DNA of 56,846 nucleotides, taken from IMG/VR virus record IMGVR_UViG_3300010397_000012, positions 1 through 56,846 of that record; one strand, written 5' to 3'. The position numbers and the translations under genes were made by a program. Positions within the stretch are counted from its first letter, which is position 1, and every line of letters begins with the position of its first letter. A model generated the notes under the pieces. That model was not told the DNA's origin, searched no databases, and saw nothing but the letters and a program-made list of their open reading frames with translations. The stretch is from a virus. Taxonomy: Duplodnaviria > Caudoviricetes. Positions 47,001 through 56,400 of this stretch are shown here, one piece after another.

Positions 47001-48631
47001 TGGCGCTGTCCTCCAAGTACCTCCGCTTCACGAAAGCGACCAGCACCGGGGTGCAGACGGTGACAGGTGTCGGCTTCACCGGCAAGGCGCTGCTCCTGTG
47101 GACGTCCTATCAGACGGCGGTGGGCGCCACGACGGCGGCGATCATCAGTCTCGGGCTCACCGATGGGACGCTGCAGAGTTGCCGGTGCATCAATCATCCC
47201 GGCGGCGAGGCGACGACGACCAGTTCGCAGGCGGAACAGACGGACCACATCGCGTACAAGGTGACGGCCACGGACGGGTCGGACCCGACGCTGCTCGTGG
47301 CGGGCGTCTTCGGGGCGTTCACGTCGGACGGGTTCACGATCAACTGGACGACGAACGACAGCGATGCGGCCATCTTTCACGCGGTCGTGCTCGGTGGCGA
47401 TATTCAGACGGCGCTGACGCAAGTCAAGATCACCTGCGGGGCCGGGGAATCGCTCGACGTGACGAGCGTCGGGTTCCGCCCGAGCGCCTACATCGTTATG
47501 GGGGGCACCGCCGACGAGTTCGACGACGGCGACTACAGCCACGGGGCGCCCTCGGGGTCGTTCCACGGGTTCGGCTTCTCTAACGCGACCGACAACGTGT
47601 GCGGCTGGACGCTCGGTCGAGGCACGGGCGGGGCGGCGGATAACTACCGCGGCCAGATGACGGACGCGGTGGCGTCCGTCCGTATCGCCAACCTCAGCGG
47701 CGCGGCGTCGATGATGGACGGGCGGATCACGGCAAACCTCGACGACGGGTACACGTTCTCCCGTGACGTGGAACTGGCTGGGATCGAGCCCATCCAGCAC
47801 GTCCTGTGCGTGCGCGGCGTGCGGTTTGCGCTCGGGTCGTTCACGGCCCCGCTTACGGCGACGACCACCGCCGTCACGCTGCCCTTCGAGCCGGATCTGG
47901 TCATCCTGCAAACCCTCGGGTCGACGGCCTCAGAGAACGCCGACGGCATGGGCCTGTCGATGGGCGCCTGGCAGCGTGACGATGACGACTCCGGGGGCAC
48001 CTGGATCGGCGGCGTCGATGCGGCGAACCCGAGCGTGTATCGGCGCTCGACGTACGAAGACCTCGTGATCGAAACGCGAAACGCGAGCAGTGGCGCGGCG
48101 GTCATGCAGGCGACGGTCGCCGGCGCATCCGCGACGGACATCACGTTCGACTTCTCGGCCGTCTCCGGCAGCGCGGACGCCCTGATCTACATGGCCCTGG
48201 CGCCGACCGAGACGATCCGCGGGGCGTTCGTGGCGGGCGAGAAGACGACCGTGCGGGCCACACGGGCGGCGGCGTTCGGGCTAGACGGCGAGACGAACGA
48301 GCACACCGAGACGGGCAAGCTCAAGGTCTTCGGGAAGTTTGAGTCGACCGAGACGGTGCAGGTGGGCGACGTGAGTGGCGCGACGTCCACGTCGCTGCTC
48401 GGGATTGGGCCAACCGGCCAGATAGAAGCCGTGACGGTGGGCAGCGGCCTGGCGATGGCCGCGAACGTCCTCGACTCAACGGGCGGCGGCGTCCTGCTCA
48501 CGGCCGACCCTGGCTCGCCTGCTAACGACACCTGGTGGGTCGTCCGCACGGGCACGAGCCCGACGATGACGGTTGCGCTCAAGGTGCGGATCAGTGGCGC
48601 CACCTACACGATTGCGGGGATCACGTTATGA
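47000..48631 (+). CDS. Tail/receptor-binding-type structural protein
   Basis: Repeated Q.VTGVGF / VGFRP / LPFEPD modules; Thr/Gly/Asp-rich. Confidence 0.65.
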   Translation: MALSSKYLRFTKATSTGVQTVTGVGFTGKALLLWTSYQTAVGATTAAIISLGLTDGTLQSCRCINHPGGEATTTSSQAEQTDHIAYKVTATDGSDPTLLVAGVFGAFTSDGFTINWTTNDSDAAIFHAVVLGGDIQTALTQVKITCGAGESLDVTSVGFRPSAYIVMGGTADEFDDGDYSHGAPSGSFHGFGFSNATDNVCGWTLGRGTGGAADNYRGQMTDAVASVRIANLSGAASMMDGRITANLDDGYTFSRDVELAGIEPIQHVLCVRGVRFALGSFTAPLTATTTAVTLPFEPDLVILQTLGSTASENADGMGLSMGAWQRDDDDSGGTWIGGVDAANPSVYRRSTYEDLVIETRNASSGAAVMQATVAGASATDITFDFSAVSGSADALIYMALAPTETIRGAFVAGEKTTVRATRAAAFGLDGETNEHTETGKLKVFGKFESTETVQVGDVSGATSTSLLGIGPTGQIEAVTVGSGLAMAANVLDSTGGGVLLTADPGSPANDTWWVVRTGTSPTMTVALKVRISGATYTIAGITL

Positions 48632-49722
48632 CGATGAAGGGGTTCCTCGCTGTCCTCGTTTGGCTGGCGCTGGCTGGACGCGCCGGTGCTCAGGCCACGA
48701 ACATCAGCACGAGCGGCACGCTGCCGACCAACTGCACCGTGGGCAATGTGTACGTCAAGACGGGGACGGGCGCCGGGTTCTATGTGTGTCTCGCCACGAA
48801 TACCTGGACGCAGATGTCGACGGGCGGCGGCTCGGCGCTCAGTGGCATCACGGCGGCGACGACCTCGAACACGATCGCCAGCGGGAACAATGGCGCGCAG
48901 CTCTGGAACTGGGCGCGCACGTCCACGGGCGACACGATGACGTTCGGCGAGACCACCGCCGCGACCAGCGGGAACAGTACCGGCAATCAATCGATCGTCA
49001 AGGCGGCGACGCTCGCTAGTTCGACGGCCGTCCCGTTCGTGATCGACAACTTCGGCGCGGCCTATTCGCTGCTCGTGAATGACGTGGCAGCCGACACGAC
49101 CCCGTTCATCGTGGACGACGCTGGACAAGTCAGCATCCACGGCGCGGTCGTGAACGGGATCGACTTGACGGTCCACCGAGTCGGCGGGACGGGCATCAGG
49201 CTCATGGACGGCACCGTCCAATTGGACTTCACGACCGACTTCGACAGCTTGTGCAAGGGGTGCATCGGTACCACCACGAATCACTCGTACGGCTTCATCG
49301 TGAATAACACGCTCGCGGGGTATTTCGCCACCGATCGATCCCTGATTCTTCAGAAACCTCCAAGCACGACGCTGACCAACGCCAGCGCCGGGCAGTTGAT
49401 CTTCGGCGCGGGCGACTCGACCAACGGACAGTACCGGGCGGTGTGCGCCGGGTACGCAGGGTCGGCCACCTATAGCCCTCTCTGCTTTGGCTATGTGCAG
49501 ACGAACAACAGCGGCAACACCGCGGGCGACTTCTTCGTGGCGACACGTGTGCTGACGACTGACAGTACGCCGATCGAACGGATGCGGGTCAAGGCCGACG
49601 GCACGGTGTCGGTCGAAGACCTGAAGACGACCGGGGCGGCGACTGGGAAGAAGGTTGTCTGCGTCGATACGTCGACGGGCATTCTCTACGCCTCATCGAG
49701 CGGCACAGACTGCAGCAACTAG
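48628..49722 (+). CDS. Tail-fibre-like beta protein with N-terminal Sec-type signal peptide
   Basis: MTMKGFLAVLVWLALAGRAGA|Q; Thr/Gly-rich; ERMRVKADG fibre-like motif; eight Cys. Confidence 0.6.
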   Translation: MTMKGFLAVLVWLALAGRAGAQATNISTSGTLPTNCTVGNVYVKTGTGAGFYVCLATNTWTQMSTGGGSALSGITAATTSNTIASGNNGAQLWNWARTSTGDTMTFGETTAATSGNSTGNQSIVKAATLASSTAVPFVIDNFGAAYSLLVNDVAADTTPFIVDDAGQVSIHGAVVNGIDLTVHRVGGTGIRLMDGTVQLDFTTDFDSLCKGCIGTTTNHSYGFIVNNTLAGYFATDRSLILQKPPSTTLTNASAGQLIFGAGDSTNGQYRAVCAGYAGSATYSPLCFGYVQTNNSGNTAGDFFVATRVLTTDSTPIERMRVKADGTVSVEDLKTTGAATGKKVVCVDTSTGILYASSSGTDCSN

Positions 49723-49735
49723 GAGAGTTCAAAGC

Positions 49736-50044
49736 ATGACGCGAGCCGCCTTGTTCATTTGCGCCCTCACCTGTCTCGCCCTCGCCCTCCGTGTGGTGGC
49801 GCAGGCGCCTGACGCCACGGAGGCCGCGCTCACGCAGCAGCTCGCCGACCAGCGCTCGAGGCTCGGGGCCTGCAACGCGGAGCTCGGCCCGCTGCAGCAG
49901 CTTCACGCGCAGGTCATCGCCGGCCAGGTCCGGCCGGTGGCGGACACCCAGGCGGCGATCGTGGCGACGGTCGAGGCGGCGAATCCAGGGCAGACGTTGG
50001 ATCTGAAGACGGGCAAGCTGGTGGCGAAGGTGCCCATGAAGTAG
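49736..50044 (+). CDS. Small exported coiled-coil protein
   Basis: Hydrophobic N-terminus ending VVA|Q; AGGAG upstream. Confidence 0.6.
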   Translation: MTRAALFICALTCLALALRVVAQAPDATEAALTQQLADQRSRLGACNAELGPLQQLHAQVIAGQVRPVADTQAAIVATVEAANPGQTLDLKTGKLVAKVPMK

Positions 50045-50056
50045 ACGAGTTCTGCA

Positions 50057-50141
50057 CGTCCCGCTAGGGCTGGGAAGCCCGAACCCGCCATCAGGCCGAT
50101 GGTCGGGCGCACCTCTCCCCGGGGGTGCGAGCGCGGAGACG
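50057..50141 (+). ncRNA. Putative structured RNA (closing stem plus three hairpins)
   Basis: Stems CGTC/GACG and CGCT/AGCG enclose GGGCT-GGGA-AGCCC, CCCGCCATC/GATGGTCGGG and CGCACCTCT/GGGGGTGCG. Confidence 0.5.
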
Positions 50142-50155
50142 ACAGGAGGCCACGG

Positions 50156-50212
50156 AGATAAGGCCGCTCCGACCAGTGCGTGGATTCGCACGGTTGGGCG
50201 GCCTTGTCTTTT
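50156..50212 (+). terminator. Long hairpin with T-tract before the lysis genes
   Basis: AGATAAGGCCGC...GCGGCCTTGTCT followed by TTT. Confidence 0.65.
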
Positions 50213-50270
50213 GGGGCCAGAAGGAGACGACAGGCGATGCGCGAGCGAGCAATGACGGAGGCAGGAACGA

Positions 50271-50702
50271 ATGGATGAGCGACAGCGGACCCTACGCGAT
50301 CGCGTGCTGCTGGCGTGCCCGGACATCGATCCGATGCTGCTGACGCAGATCGCCGGCGCCGAAGTCTTGGCGAGTTCGAAGACGACCTATGCGGCTGGCA
50401 ACGGCAAGTTTCCGCGCTGGAGCGTTGATCGGTGGCTGCAGATCACGATCTTCTGCATGTCGGTCATCTCTGGGATTTTCTTCTTCGGCGGGCAGTGGAG
50501 CGGCGTCAAGAAGAGTGTCGAGGACATGGCCACAGCGGTCTCCTCGATGCACGCCGACATGGAGAGCATCAAGACGCGGCAGTGGGACTCGCAGAACAAG
50601 CTCGACGCGCTGAAGAAGCAGATCGAGACCATCGAGAAGTCCGACGAGTACTACCGGACCCATCCTCGGCCTCGGCCGATGTTCCCCGAGGACGCGCGAT
50701 GA
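50271..50702 (+). CDS. Putative holin/membrane protein (1 TM plus coiled coil)
   Basis: WLQITIFCMSVISGIFFFGG TM segment; ATGA-coupled to the endolysin. Confidence 0.55.
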   Translation: MDERQRTLRDRVLLACPDIDPMLLTQIAGAEVLASSKTTYAAGNGKFPRWSVDRWLQITIFCMSVISGIFFFGGQWSGVKKSVEDMATAVSSMHADMESIKTRQWDSQNKLDALKKQIETIEKSDEYYRTHPRPRPMFPEDAR

Positions 50703-51202
50703 CGAGAGACGAAGCCGCGCTCGCTGTGATCGCCAAAGTCCTCGTGAACGAGGGCGGCGTGGCCGACATCGGCGACGGAAAGGGCGTCACCCGGTTCGGG
50801 CAGACGACGGCCTGGCTCGCGCAGTTCGGCCTGCCGACGCCGACGAACGCTGTCGAGGCGGCGCAGAACTACCAGGTCTGGCTCGTGCGGACGCGGCTGA
50901 TCGGCGTGTGCGACTACCCGGACTCGTTCGCGTTCGCGATCGTGGATTGGGCCGTGAACAGTTCGCACGATCGGGTCATTCGCGAGCTGCAGTTTCTGCT
51001 GCGCACGAAGGTGGACGGGATCTATGGACCGGAGACGCAGACGAAGGTCGAGGCCTGCAACCGAGAGGCGATGGCCCGCTTCCTCATCGGCGCTCGGATG
51101 CGGTTCGTAGGGCGATTGATCAAGGGCAACCCAGGAGAGCACGCGCGATGGGCGTCAATCTGGGCCAACAGGATTGCCTCGCAAGTCGAGGCGCTGACGT
51201 AG
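50699..51202 (+). CDS. Endolysin, GH108 family
   Basis: NEGG.......G.TRFG, D.AVNS, LQ..L..KVDGIYGPET and W.NR motifs. Confidence 0.88.
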   Translation: MTRDEAALAVIAKVLVNEGGVADIGDGKGVTRFGQTTAWLAQFGLPTPTNAVEAAQNYQVWLVRTRLIGVCDYPDSFAFAIVDWAVNSSHDRVIRELQFLLRTKVDGIYGPETQTKVEACNREAMARFLIGARMRFVGRLIKGNPGEHARWASIWANRIASQVEALT

Positions 51203-51209
51203 AGGGCAC

Positions 51210-51617
51210 ATGACTGACGAGATCAAGACCGAGACGTTACCGATCCAACCGATGAATGTGGCCATTGTCGGCAGCACTGGCGCGGGCGATGGCGGAGCGC
51301 CGATCACCACCGGCACAACCGCCAAGACGCCGGACCATCAGCCCAATGTCGTGTTCACGGTGGTCGGACCGCTCCGGGCGATTGGGATCCGGTTCATCAA
51401 CACGTTCCTGACCGGCTTTGTCGGGTTCCTCTCTGGGGCGCCGCTCATCGACAAGATCGCCGGGATGCAGTTATTCGAGTTCAGCGACCTGCAGGACCTG
51501 GTCCTCAAGAGCGCGATCGCGGCGCTCGCGCCCGCGGTTATCGGCCTAGGGAAAGACCTCATCACGATCTTCGGCAAGTTGGAAAGCAAGTACCCGCTGC
51601 TCACCGGAAACATCTGA
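51210..51617 (+). CDS. Membrane protein (holin-like, ~2 TM)
   Basis: Two hydrophobic segments; within the lysis cassette. Confidence 0.5.
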   Translation: MTDEIKTETLPIQPMNVAIVGSTGAGDGGAPITTGTTAKTPDHQPNVVFTVVGPLRAIGIRFINTFLTGFVGFLSGAPLIDKIAGMQLFEFSDLQDLVLKSAIAALAPAVIGLGKDLITIFGKLESKYPLLTGNI

Positions 51618-51628
51618 AGGAGACACGT

Positions 51629-52132
51629 ATGCGAAAGCTGTATTTCACCATCATTCTCGCGCTCGTCCTGCCAGCGTGCGCTGGCAAGTCACAGCCGTCC
51701 GTGCCCGGCACGCCTCAGCAGAAGCTGGCCGCGTTGAAGACGGCTGAAGTGGCCCAGATCACGCTGATTTAGGCCGTGCACACGGAAGCCGGCATCTGCG
51801 ATCCGGTCAAGGCCAAGGCCGATCCCACAGCGCCGATCCTGGAATGTGCTGGCCCTCTCGCCGCCGCCGCCAAGCTCACCACGGAGCGGCATCGCGAGTT
51901 CAGCGCGCGGATGCTCAAGGCGTTCGAACTCCACAAGGACGCCGTGGAGCGGCTGAATACGTGGAAGCCAGGCGAGCCGATTCCCGTCAACGTCAGCACG
52001 CTGCAAACACAGGTGGAGGCGATTCTCGCGCTCTCTCAGGGGCTCGGCGGCTCGGACGCGCAGGCGCTTTCCAACATCGTGGCCCAGGTGCTCAAGCAAA
52101 TCGCCGACATTCGCGCGGCCCTCGGACGGTAG
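51629..52132 (+). pseudogene. Lipoprotein gene interrupted by an in-frame TAG at 51770-51772
   Basis: AAGGAG SD; MRKLYFTIILALVLPA|C lipobox; codon 48 is TAG, then the frame continues into ORF 51776-52132. Confidence 0.7.
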
Positions 52133-52142
52133 GAGAACAGTC

Positions 52143-52418
52143 ATGTCCAAAATCACCACAGCCAATCAGTACGTCGCTGAAGCCGGTCAATTCGTGTCGC
52201 AGTTGATCGCGCTCTCAGGCGTGATCGCGCCGCCCGTGGCCATCGTCATCACGGCGGTCAAGGCGTTCGTCCACTACTTGCGGCACCGGGACGATCCGGA
52301 CGGGCCGGAACCGACCACGGAAGAACTCGACGCCTTTGCGGCGCGGGTGCTCGAGCTTGACGACGTGTATATCGCGCGCCTGAAGGCACAGGCGGGCGAG
52401 TCTGAGGCGCAGGGCTGA
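52143..52418 (+). CDS. Small membrane-associated protein
   Basis: Hydrophobic stretch; AGGAG SD. Confidence 0.55.
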   Translation: MSKITTANQYVAEAGQFVSQLIALSGVIAPPVAIVITAVKAFVHYLRHRDDPDGPEPTTEELDAFAARVLELDDVYIARLKAQAGESEAQG

Positions 52419-52595
52419 CGTGAACCTGCTCGCCGTTCGCATCCCCGTCTGGGACGCCAGCCGCAAACAGTGGCGCCAGTTCTTCGCTGAGGCCAAGTAC
52501 ACGGCCAGGTGTGGGAACGGGCTCCACCAGTTTGGGCTGGGTGTCTCGACGTGTGCGTGCGGGGCGGTGCAGTTCGCGAAGGATGGGCTGGCCTG

Positions 52596-54239
52596 ATGTT
52601 CTGCGATCTAGCCCTCGTCCACGGCAAAGCGGTGCTCGTCACCGACGCGATCTTCGCGCCGACGCCGGCTTGGTGGCTCCGTGCGTCGGCGGACGATCGA
52701 GGCGTCGTGGCGGCCGTGGCCCAGGCTGGCTCGGGCTCCTGCCAGGTCGTCGACAGCCTCGGCCAACGGTGGGACGCAGGCGACGTGGCCTTCGGGACAA
52801 TGTGCGTGGGGATTGAACCGCTGCTTGACGGCTGGCAGGTGACGTTCATGCTGGCGCCCACCGGCAGCATCCATCGCGTCGTGCATCTCACACGGGCGCT
52901 AGCGTTGGCGGCGTACCTCGAGCGGCCAGGACGGACGGGCGGCACGTCGCAGGGGTTCCTCGACGTGTTCGACGGCGTGCCCGTGTTTACCGACGACCAC
53001 CGCACGGTCGTCTGCGGCCATCTGACCATCGGCCTCCCGACCACGCGCGGGTTCTGGACGGTGGGGCAGGACTGGTTCGGCGACCGGATCGTGGCCTGGA
53101 ACGCGCAGACGCAGACGGCGTGGGAGGTCTCGCGGATCTCCACGCAGACGCCCTCGCATCTCGCGATCGAGGACGACGGGACTGCGGTGGTCGCCATAGG
53201 CGGCACGGATGTCGTTGTCAGGCAGCCTGCGTTCGTGCCGTGTGCGCCGTGGGTCGAGGCCGTGACGGTGCCGGACTTCGCGCCCTGCCCGCACGAGGTC
53301 GGCGTTGGCGTGTTCGACGAGTCCCACGCGCCTGAACTGATCGGCGCCGATGAGCCGCGGTCGTCACAATCGCGTGGCGTCTTCGTGACGCTGGGCCGCG
53401 ACGACTTGCAGAAGGCCGCCGTCCGGTGCCGCCGCGAGGCGCTGCCGATGTACGCATACCGTGACACGCCGGACTATCCCGTGTCGGCCGTGCCGGTGCT
53501 CTCGGGCGTGACCGTGCTGGCGCTGGTGTGCGGCTATCCGTTTGGGGCCGAGGCGCCAGAAGAGACGGCCGCCAGAGTCAGCGCCACCGTCTATGGCCTC
53601 CGGCGCGCTGGCCATGCCGTGGCTCTCTGCCTGCCCTGCGACCGCGGCATCAAGGGCGACGGCACCTACACGTGGAGCGAGCAGCAGATCTGCGACGTGC
53701 TCGGGTGGTTGTGGCCCGTGACGATCCACGAGGGCGTGACGGCCGTCTGGGGCTTCGCGCAGCGCCGTGGCCCACACGATGGCCTCGACGCCTTCCCGTC
53801 GCTCCAGGAGTGCGTCGACCGGATGCGCGCGGCCTCGCCAGACTGGCGGCTGTTCCCGGTGGCCGCGACGCCGCCGCCGATTGTCGTACCGCCAGAACCA
53901 CCGAACCCGAAACCACCGATCCCGGTGCCGATGCCGGGCCTTGCCCTGGAGATGTTTATGTCTGAAGGCGCGTTTACCGTCGCGAAGTCCACGCTCGTCA
54001 AGAACACCTCGGCCGATGTGGTCGATCCGGTCTTCGTGGGCGACACGTACCACCACATCAAGCACCCCGGCGGCGGGTTCGTATCGATTGACCCTGTCAC
54101 GTTCGAGCCGCGTTCGACTGGCGCGGCGAAGGTTGGGCCGTCCGAGAACTTCCAACTGGCGAAGGACGGCAAGTCGGCGCTGGTCAACATGGGGCTCCCG
54201 TTGGCTGTGCGGTCGTTCGTGGTGGCGGACACGCTGTAG
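52596..54239 (+). CDS. Large multidomain hypothetical protein (beta-rich N-part, alpha/beta middle, Pro linker, small C-domain)
   Basis: 547 aa from a TGATG start; PPPIVVPPEPPNPKPPIPVP linker; C-terminal GGFVSID....VGPSENF resembles fascin-type repeats. Confidence 0.6.
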   Translation: MFCDLALVHGKAVLVTDAIFAPTPAWWLRASADDRGVVAAVAQAGSGSCQVVDSLGQRWDAGDVAFGTMCVGIEPLLDGWQVTFMLAPTGSIHRVVHLTRALALAAYLERPGRTGGTSQGFLDVFDGVPVFTDDHRTVVCGHLTIGLPTTRGFWTVGQDWFGDRIVAWNAQTQTAWEVSRISTQTPSHLAIEDDGTAVVAIGGTDVVVRQPAFVPCAPWVEAVTVPDFAPCPHEVGVGVFDESHAPELIGADEPRSSQSRGVFVTLGRDDLQKAAVRCRREALPMYAYRDTPDYPVSAVPVLSGVTVLALVCGYPFGAEAPEETAARVSATVYGLRRAGHAVALCLPCDRGIKGDGTYTWSEQQICDVLGWLWPVTIHEGVTAVWGFAQRRGPHDGLDAFPSLQECVDRMRAASPDWRLFPVAATPPPIVVPPEPPNPKPPIPVPMPGLALEMFMSEGAFTVAKSTLVKNTSADVVDPVFVGDTYHHIKHPGGGFVSIDPVTFEPRSTGAAKVGPSENFQLAKDGKSALVNMGLPLAVRSFVVADTL

Positions 54240-55228
54240 TGGGCGCGACCGAACTCCTCCTGCTCGGCGGCTCGGACGGCGGTGGTGGTCGGCCTGCGCC
54301 CGGCACCCCGCTGCGTGGGCAGTTCGTCGTGACGATCCCGAACGCGCCGTATGGGCCAATCGAGGACGGACGGCGCAATCCGCGCTCGATCTTCTTCATG
54401 GACGAGGTCGACACCGTCTGGAAGGAGTCCGGGGAGAAGGAAGCCCGTCGCATCCTCCGTGCCTACAAGGCGATGGGCGCGAATCACATCACGACGGGAC
54501 CGGCCTACGCGGCCGGATACGGCAACGACTACCCGTTCACGAACTGGCTGTCGGAGCCGCATCGCTATCGAGAGTTCCACGAGCTGCTGATTGACGAGGG
54601 ATTCGAGTTCACGCTGTTTGCCTTCACCGACAACGCGCCGTACTACGACCCCGCGTCGCATTGGTTCGATTGGGATCTGGTGCGGAAGGACTTCGGGCCG
54701 GTGTTCGCGGCTCTGGCGCCGCTCGTCCGTCGCGTCGCGTACATGTGGGAGGACTTCCAACATACCGACCACATGGTGCCGGGCTACGAGATGCTGCGCG
54801 AGTACTTCCCGACCGCCGATCGCACCTGGCACAACGGCCCGAATCATCTCAATCCAGGCATGAGCAGCCAAGACGAAGGCCACTGCTGGCGCGTCGCGAC
54901 GGAACACGGCATCACGCGCATGTCCTATCAGGCGGTCGCCATCGCCAACGAAGCCGACATCGAAGTGATCGACGCCGCGACCTTCGGGATGGAGGACCGG
55001 CCGCGCCGCACGATGGAGCAGAACGTCTACGACATCAAGGACATGAGCCGTCGAGGGAATCACGGCTACGCGGGCTTCCCTGACTTCGAGGTCGAGTACA
55101 TGGAAGGCGCCGCCTGGGGCATCTATCGCGCTCGGCTCAGTCCTCATACCGGCCGGAAGTGGTACCAGACGATGGTGACGGTGCCTGGCGTCGTGCACGT
55201 GCTCGACGGGCTGGAGCTCGCCGAATGA
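54239..55228 (+). CDS. Hypothetical, possible glycoside-hydrolase-like TIM barrel
   Basis: 329 aa, aromatic/acidic; YKAMGANHI and alternating alpha/beta pattern. Confidence 0.5.
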   Translation: MGATELLLLGGSDGGGGRPAPGTPLRGQFVVTIPNAPYGPIEDGRRNPRSIFFMDEVDTVWKESGEKEARRILRAYKAMGANHITTGPAYAAGYGNDYPFTNWLSEPHRYREFHELLIDEGFEFTLFAFTDNAPYYDPASHWFDWDLVRKDFGPVFAALAPLVRRVAYMWEDFQHTDHMVPGYEMLREYFPTADRTWHNGPNHLNPGMSSQDEGHCWRVATEHGITRMSYQAVAIANEADIEVIDAATFGMEDRPRRTMEQNVYDIKDMSRRGNHGYAGFPDFEVEYMEGAAWGIYRARLSPHTGRKWYQTMVTVPGVVHVLDGLELAE

Positions 55229-55452
55229 TCGGCACCGTGGATGCCGCCGTCGAGCAGATGCGCGAGCAGCGCCGGGTGTATGTGGGCATCCTCTGCGCCC
55301 TCATTGTCGACCTGGTGGAAGAGGGCCGGTCAGACATCGCGGAGCGTCTGCGCCAGCGCATCTGCGCCCTGGAAGATCCGAAACAGGTCGGGGCTCGGGT
55401 GCGGAAGGGTTTCCAGAACCGGCGACGGCGCCGTTCGGCGGTGGCGGCATGA
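55225..55452 (+). CDS. Small hypothetical protein
   Basis: ATGA-coupled ORF. Confidence 0.45.
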   Translation: MIGTVDAAVEQMREQRRVYVGILCALIVDLVEEGRSDIAERLRQRICALEDPKQVGARVRKGFQNRRRRRSAVAA

Positions 55453-55473
55453 CATGGAAAGAGGAGAAGTGAA

Positions 55474-55699
55474 TATGGCGAAGAAGATCAGCAGCGAAGA
55501 CTTCGAGCCAACACCGCGGCGGAAGGCGACGACGGCCAACCGCGGCGCATCGCTCAATCGGCAGTCCGTCGTGGCCAGGTTGCGGCGGGACAAGGCGAAG
55601 GCGTCTGCGTCCGTCCGCGACTACATCGACGGGTTCTTGGAATGGATCAGCGGCCAGTCGATCCGGGCGTCCAAGAGGAAGGGCGGGCTCGGGAAGTGA
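55474..55699 (+). CDS. Small basic hypothetical protein
   Basis: GAGGAG SD before MAKKISSEDF. Confidence 0.5.
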
Positions 55700-55842
55700 G
55701 CACGATCCTCGGGCTCCGGTGGCGCCTGATGCACGACCCACAGTGGCCGGGATTGACGACGGGCCAGATCGTGACGATCGCCCTTGTGCTCGTGGCGCTC
55801 GTGGCGATGCGGTTGTCGGCGTGGAAGCCGCGGCGGTGAGAG

Positions 55843-56337
55843 ATGCCTGGCTTCATCGAATGGCTGCCGCCAGGGTCAGGGCTGTTACGCCTCGGCCCTC
55901 GGTGTCACGTCTACGGCGACGAGTGGGATCGGTCGATCGTGGTGGCGCCGTACGACCCGGCCATCCCGACGATTGAGGGCGCGGCGGCGGCGCTGAAGGC
56001 GAGCCACTGGCGAGACGCCCTGGACGTCTTGCACGACGCAGGGATTGGGCGAGTGAAGTTTGACCGCCGACACGGCAATGACGTCGAGTCGCACACGGTC
56101 AGCACGACGAGGAAAGAGAGAAGGCATATGGATAACGTGACATTGATTTCAGGCGACACCTACGCGATCAAAGGCGACGGCACCGTGGGCTACATCATGC
56201 GCGGCCCGATCTACTTCGGCCTACCAGCGGCAGCGCACTCCAGGATGCAGCGGATCATGGTGGACGCCATGAGCGAACTGGTGAAGATCGGCGAAGAGGC
56301 GGTCGCGGCTCAGGCGGCGGCACCGGCCACCAAGTAG
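55843..56337 (+). CDS. Hypothetical protein (possible internal start at 56128)
   Basis: 164 aa ORF; purine-rich stretch before ATG 56128. Confidence 0.45.
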   Translation: MPGFIEWLPPGSGLLRLGPRCHVYGDEWDRSIVVAPYDPAIPTIEGAAAALKASHWRDALDVLHDAGIGRVKFDRRHGNDVESHTVSTTRKERRHMDNVTLISGDTYAIKGDGTVGYIMRGPIYFGLPAAAHSRMQRIMVDAMSELVKIGEEAVAAQAAAPATK

Positions 56338-56400
56338 CAGACACAGCGGGTCCGTGCTTGGCCCCTCCCGGCCGGCACGGACTCCCAAGGAGACCGCGAC

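Noticed and set aside
50057-50141. tRNA gene
   Set aside because: No TTC T-loop, no 7-nt anticodon loop and no CCA end; arm sizes do not fit.
51770-51772. Genome-wide TAG recoding
   Set aside because: TAG terminates clear genes (capsid 31829, tail tube 41515, endolysin 51202), other genes lack internal TAGs, and no suppressor tRNA was seen.
52274-55198. Long minus-strand ORFs (397, 331 and 510 aa)
   Set aside because: They fully overlap coupled + strand genes and have Arg-rich antisense composition typical of high-GC shadows.
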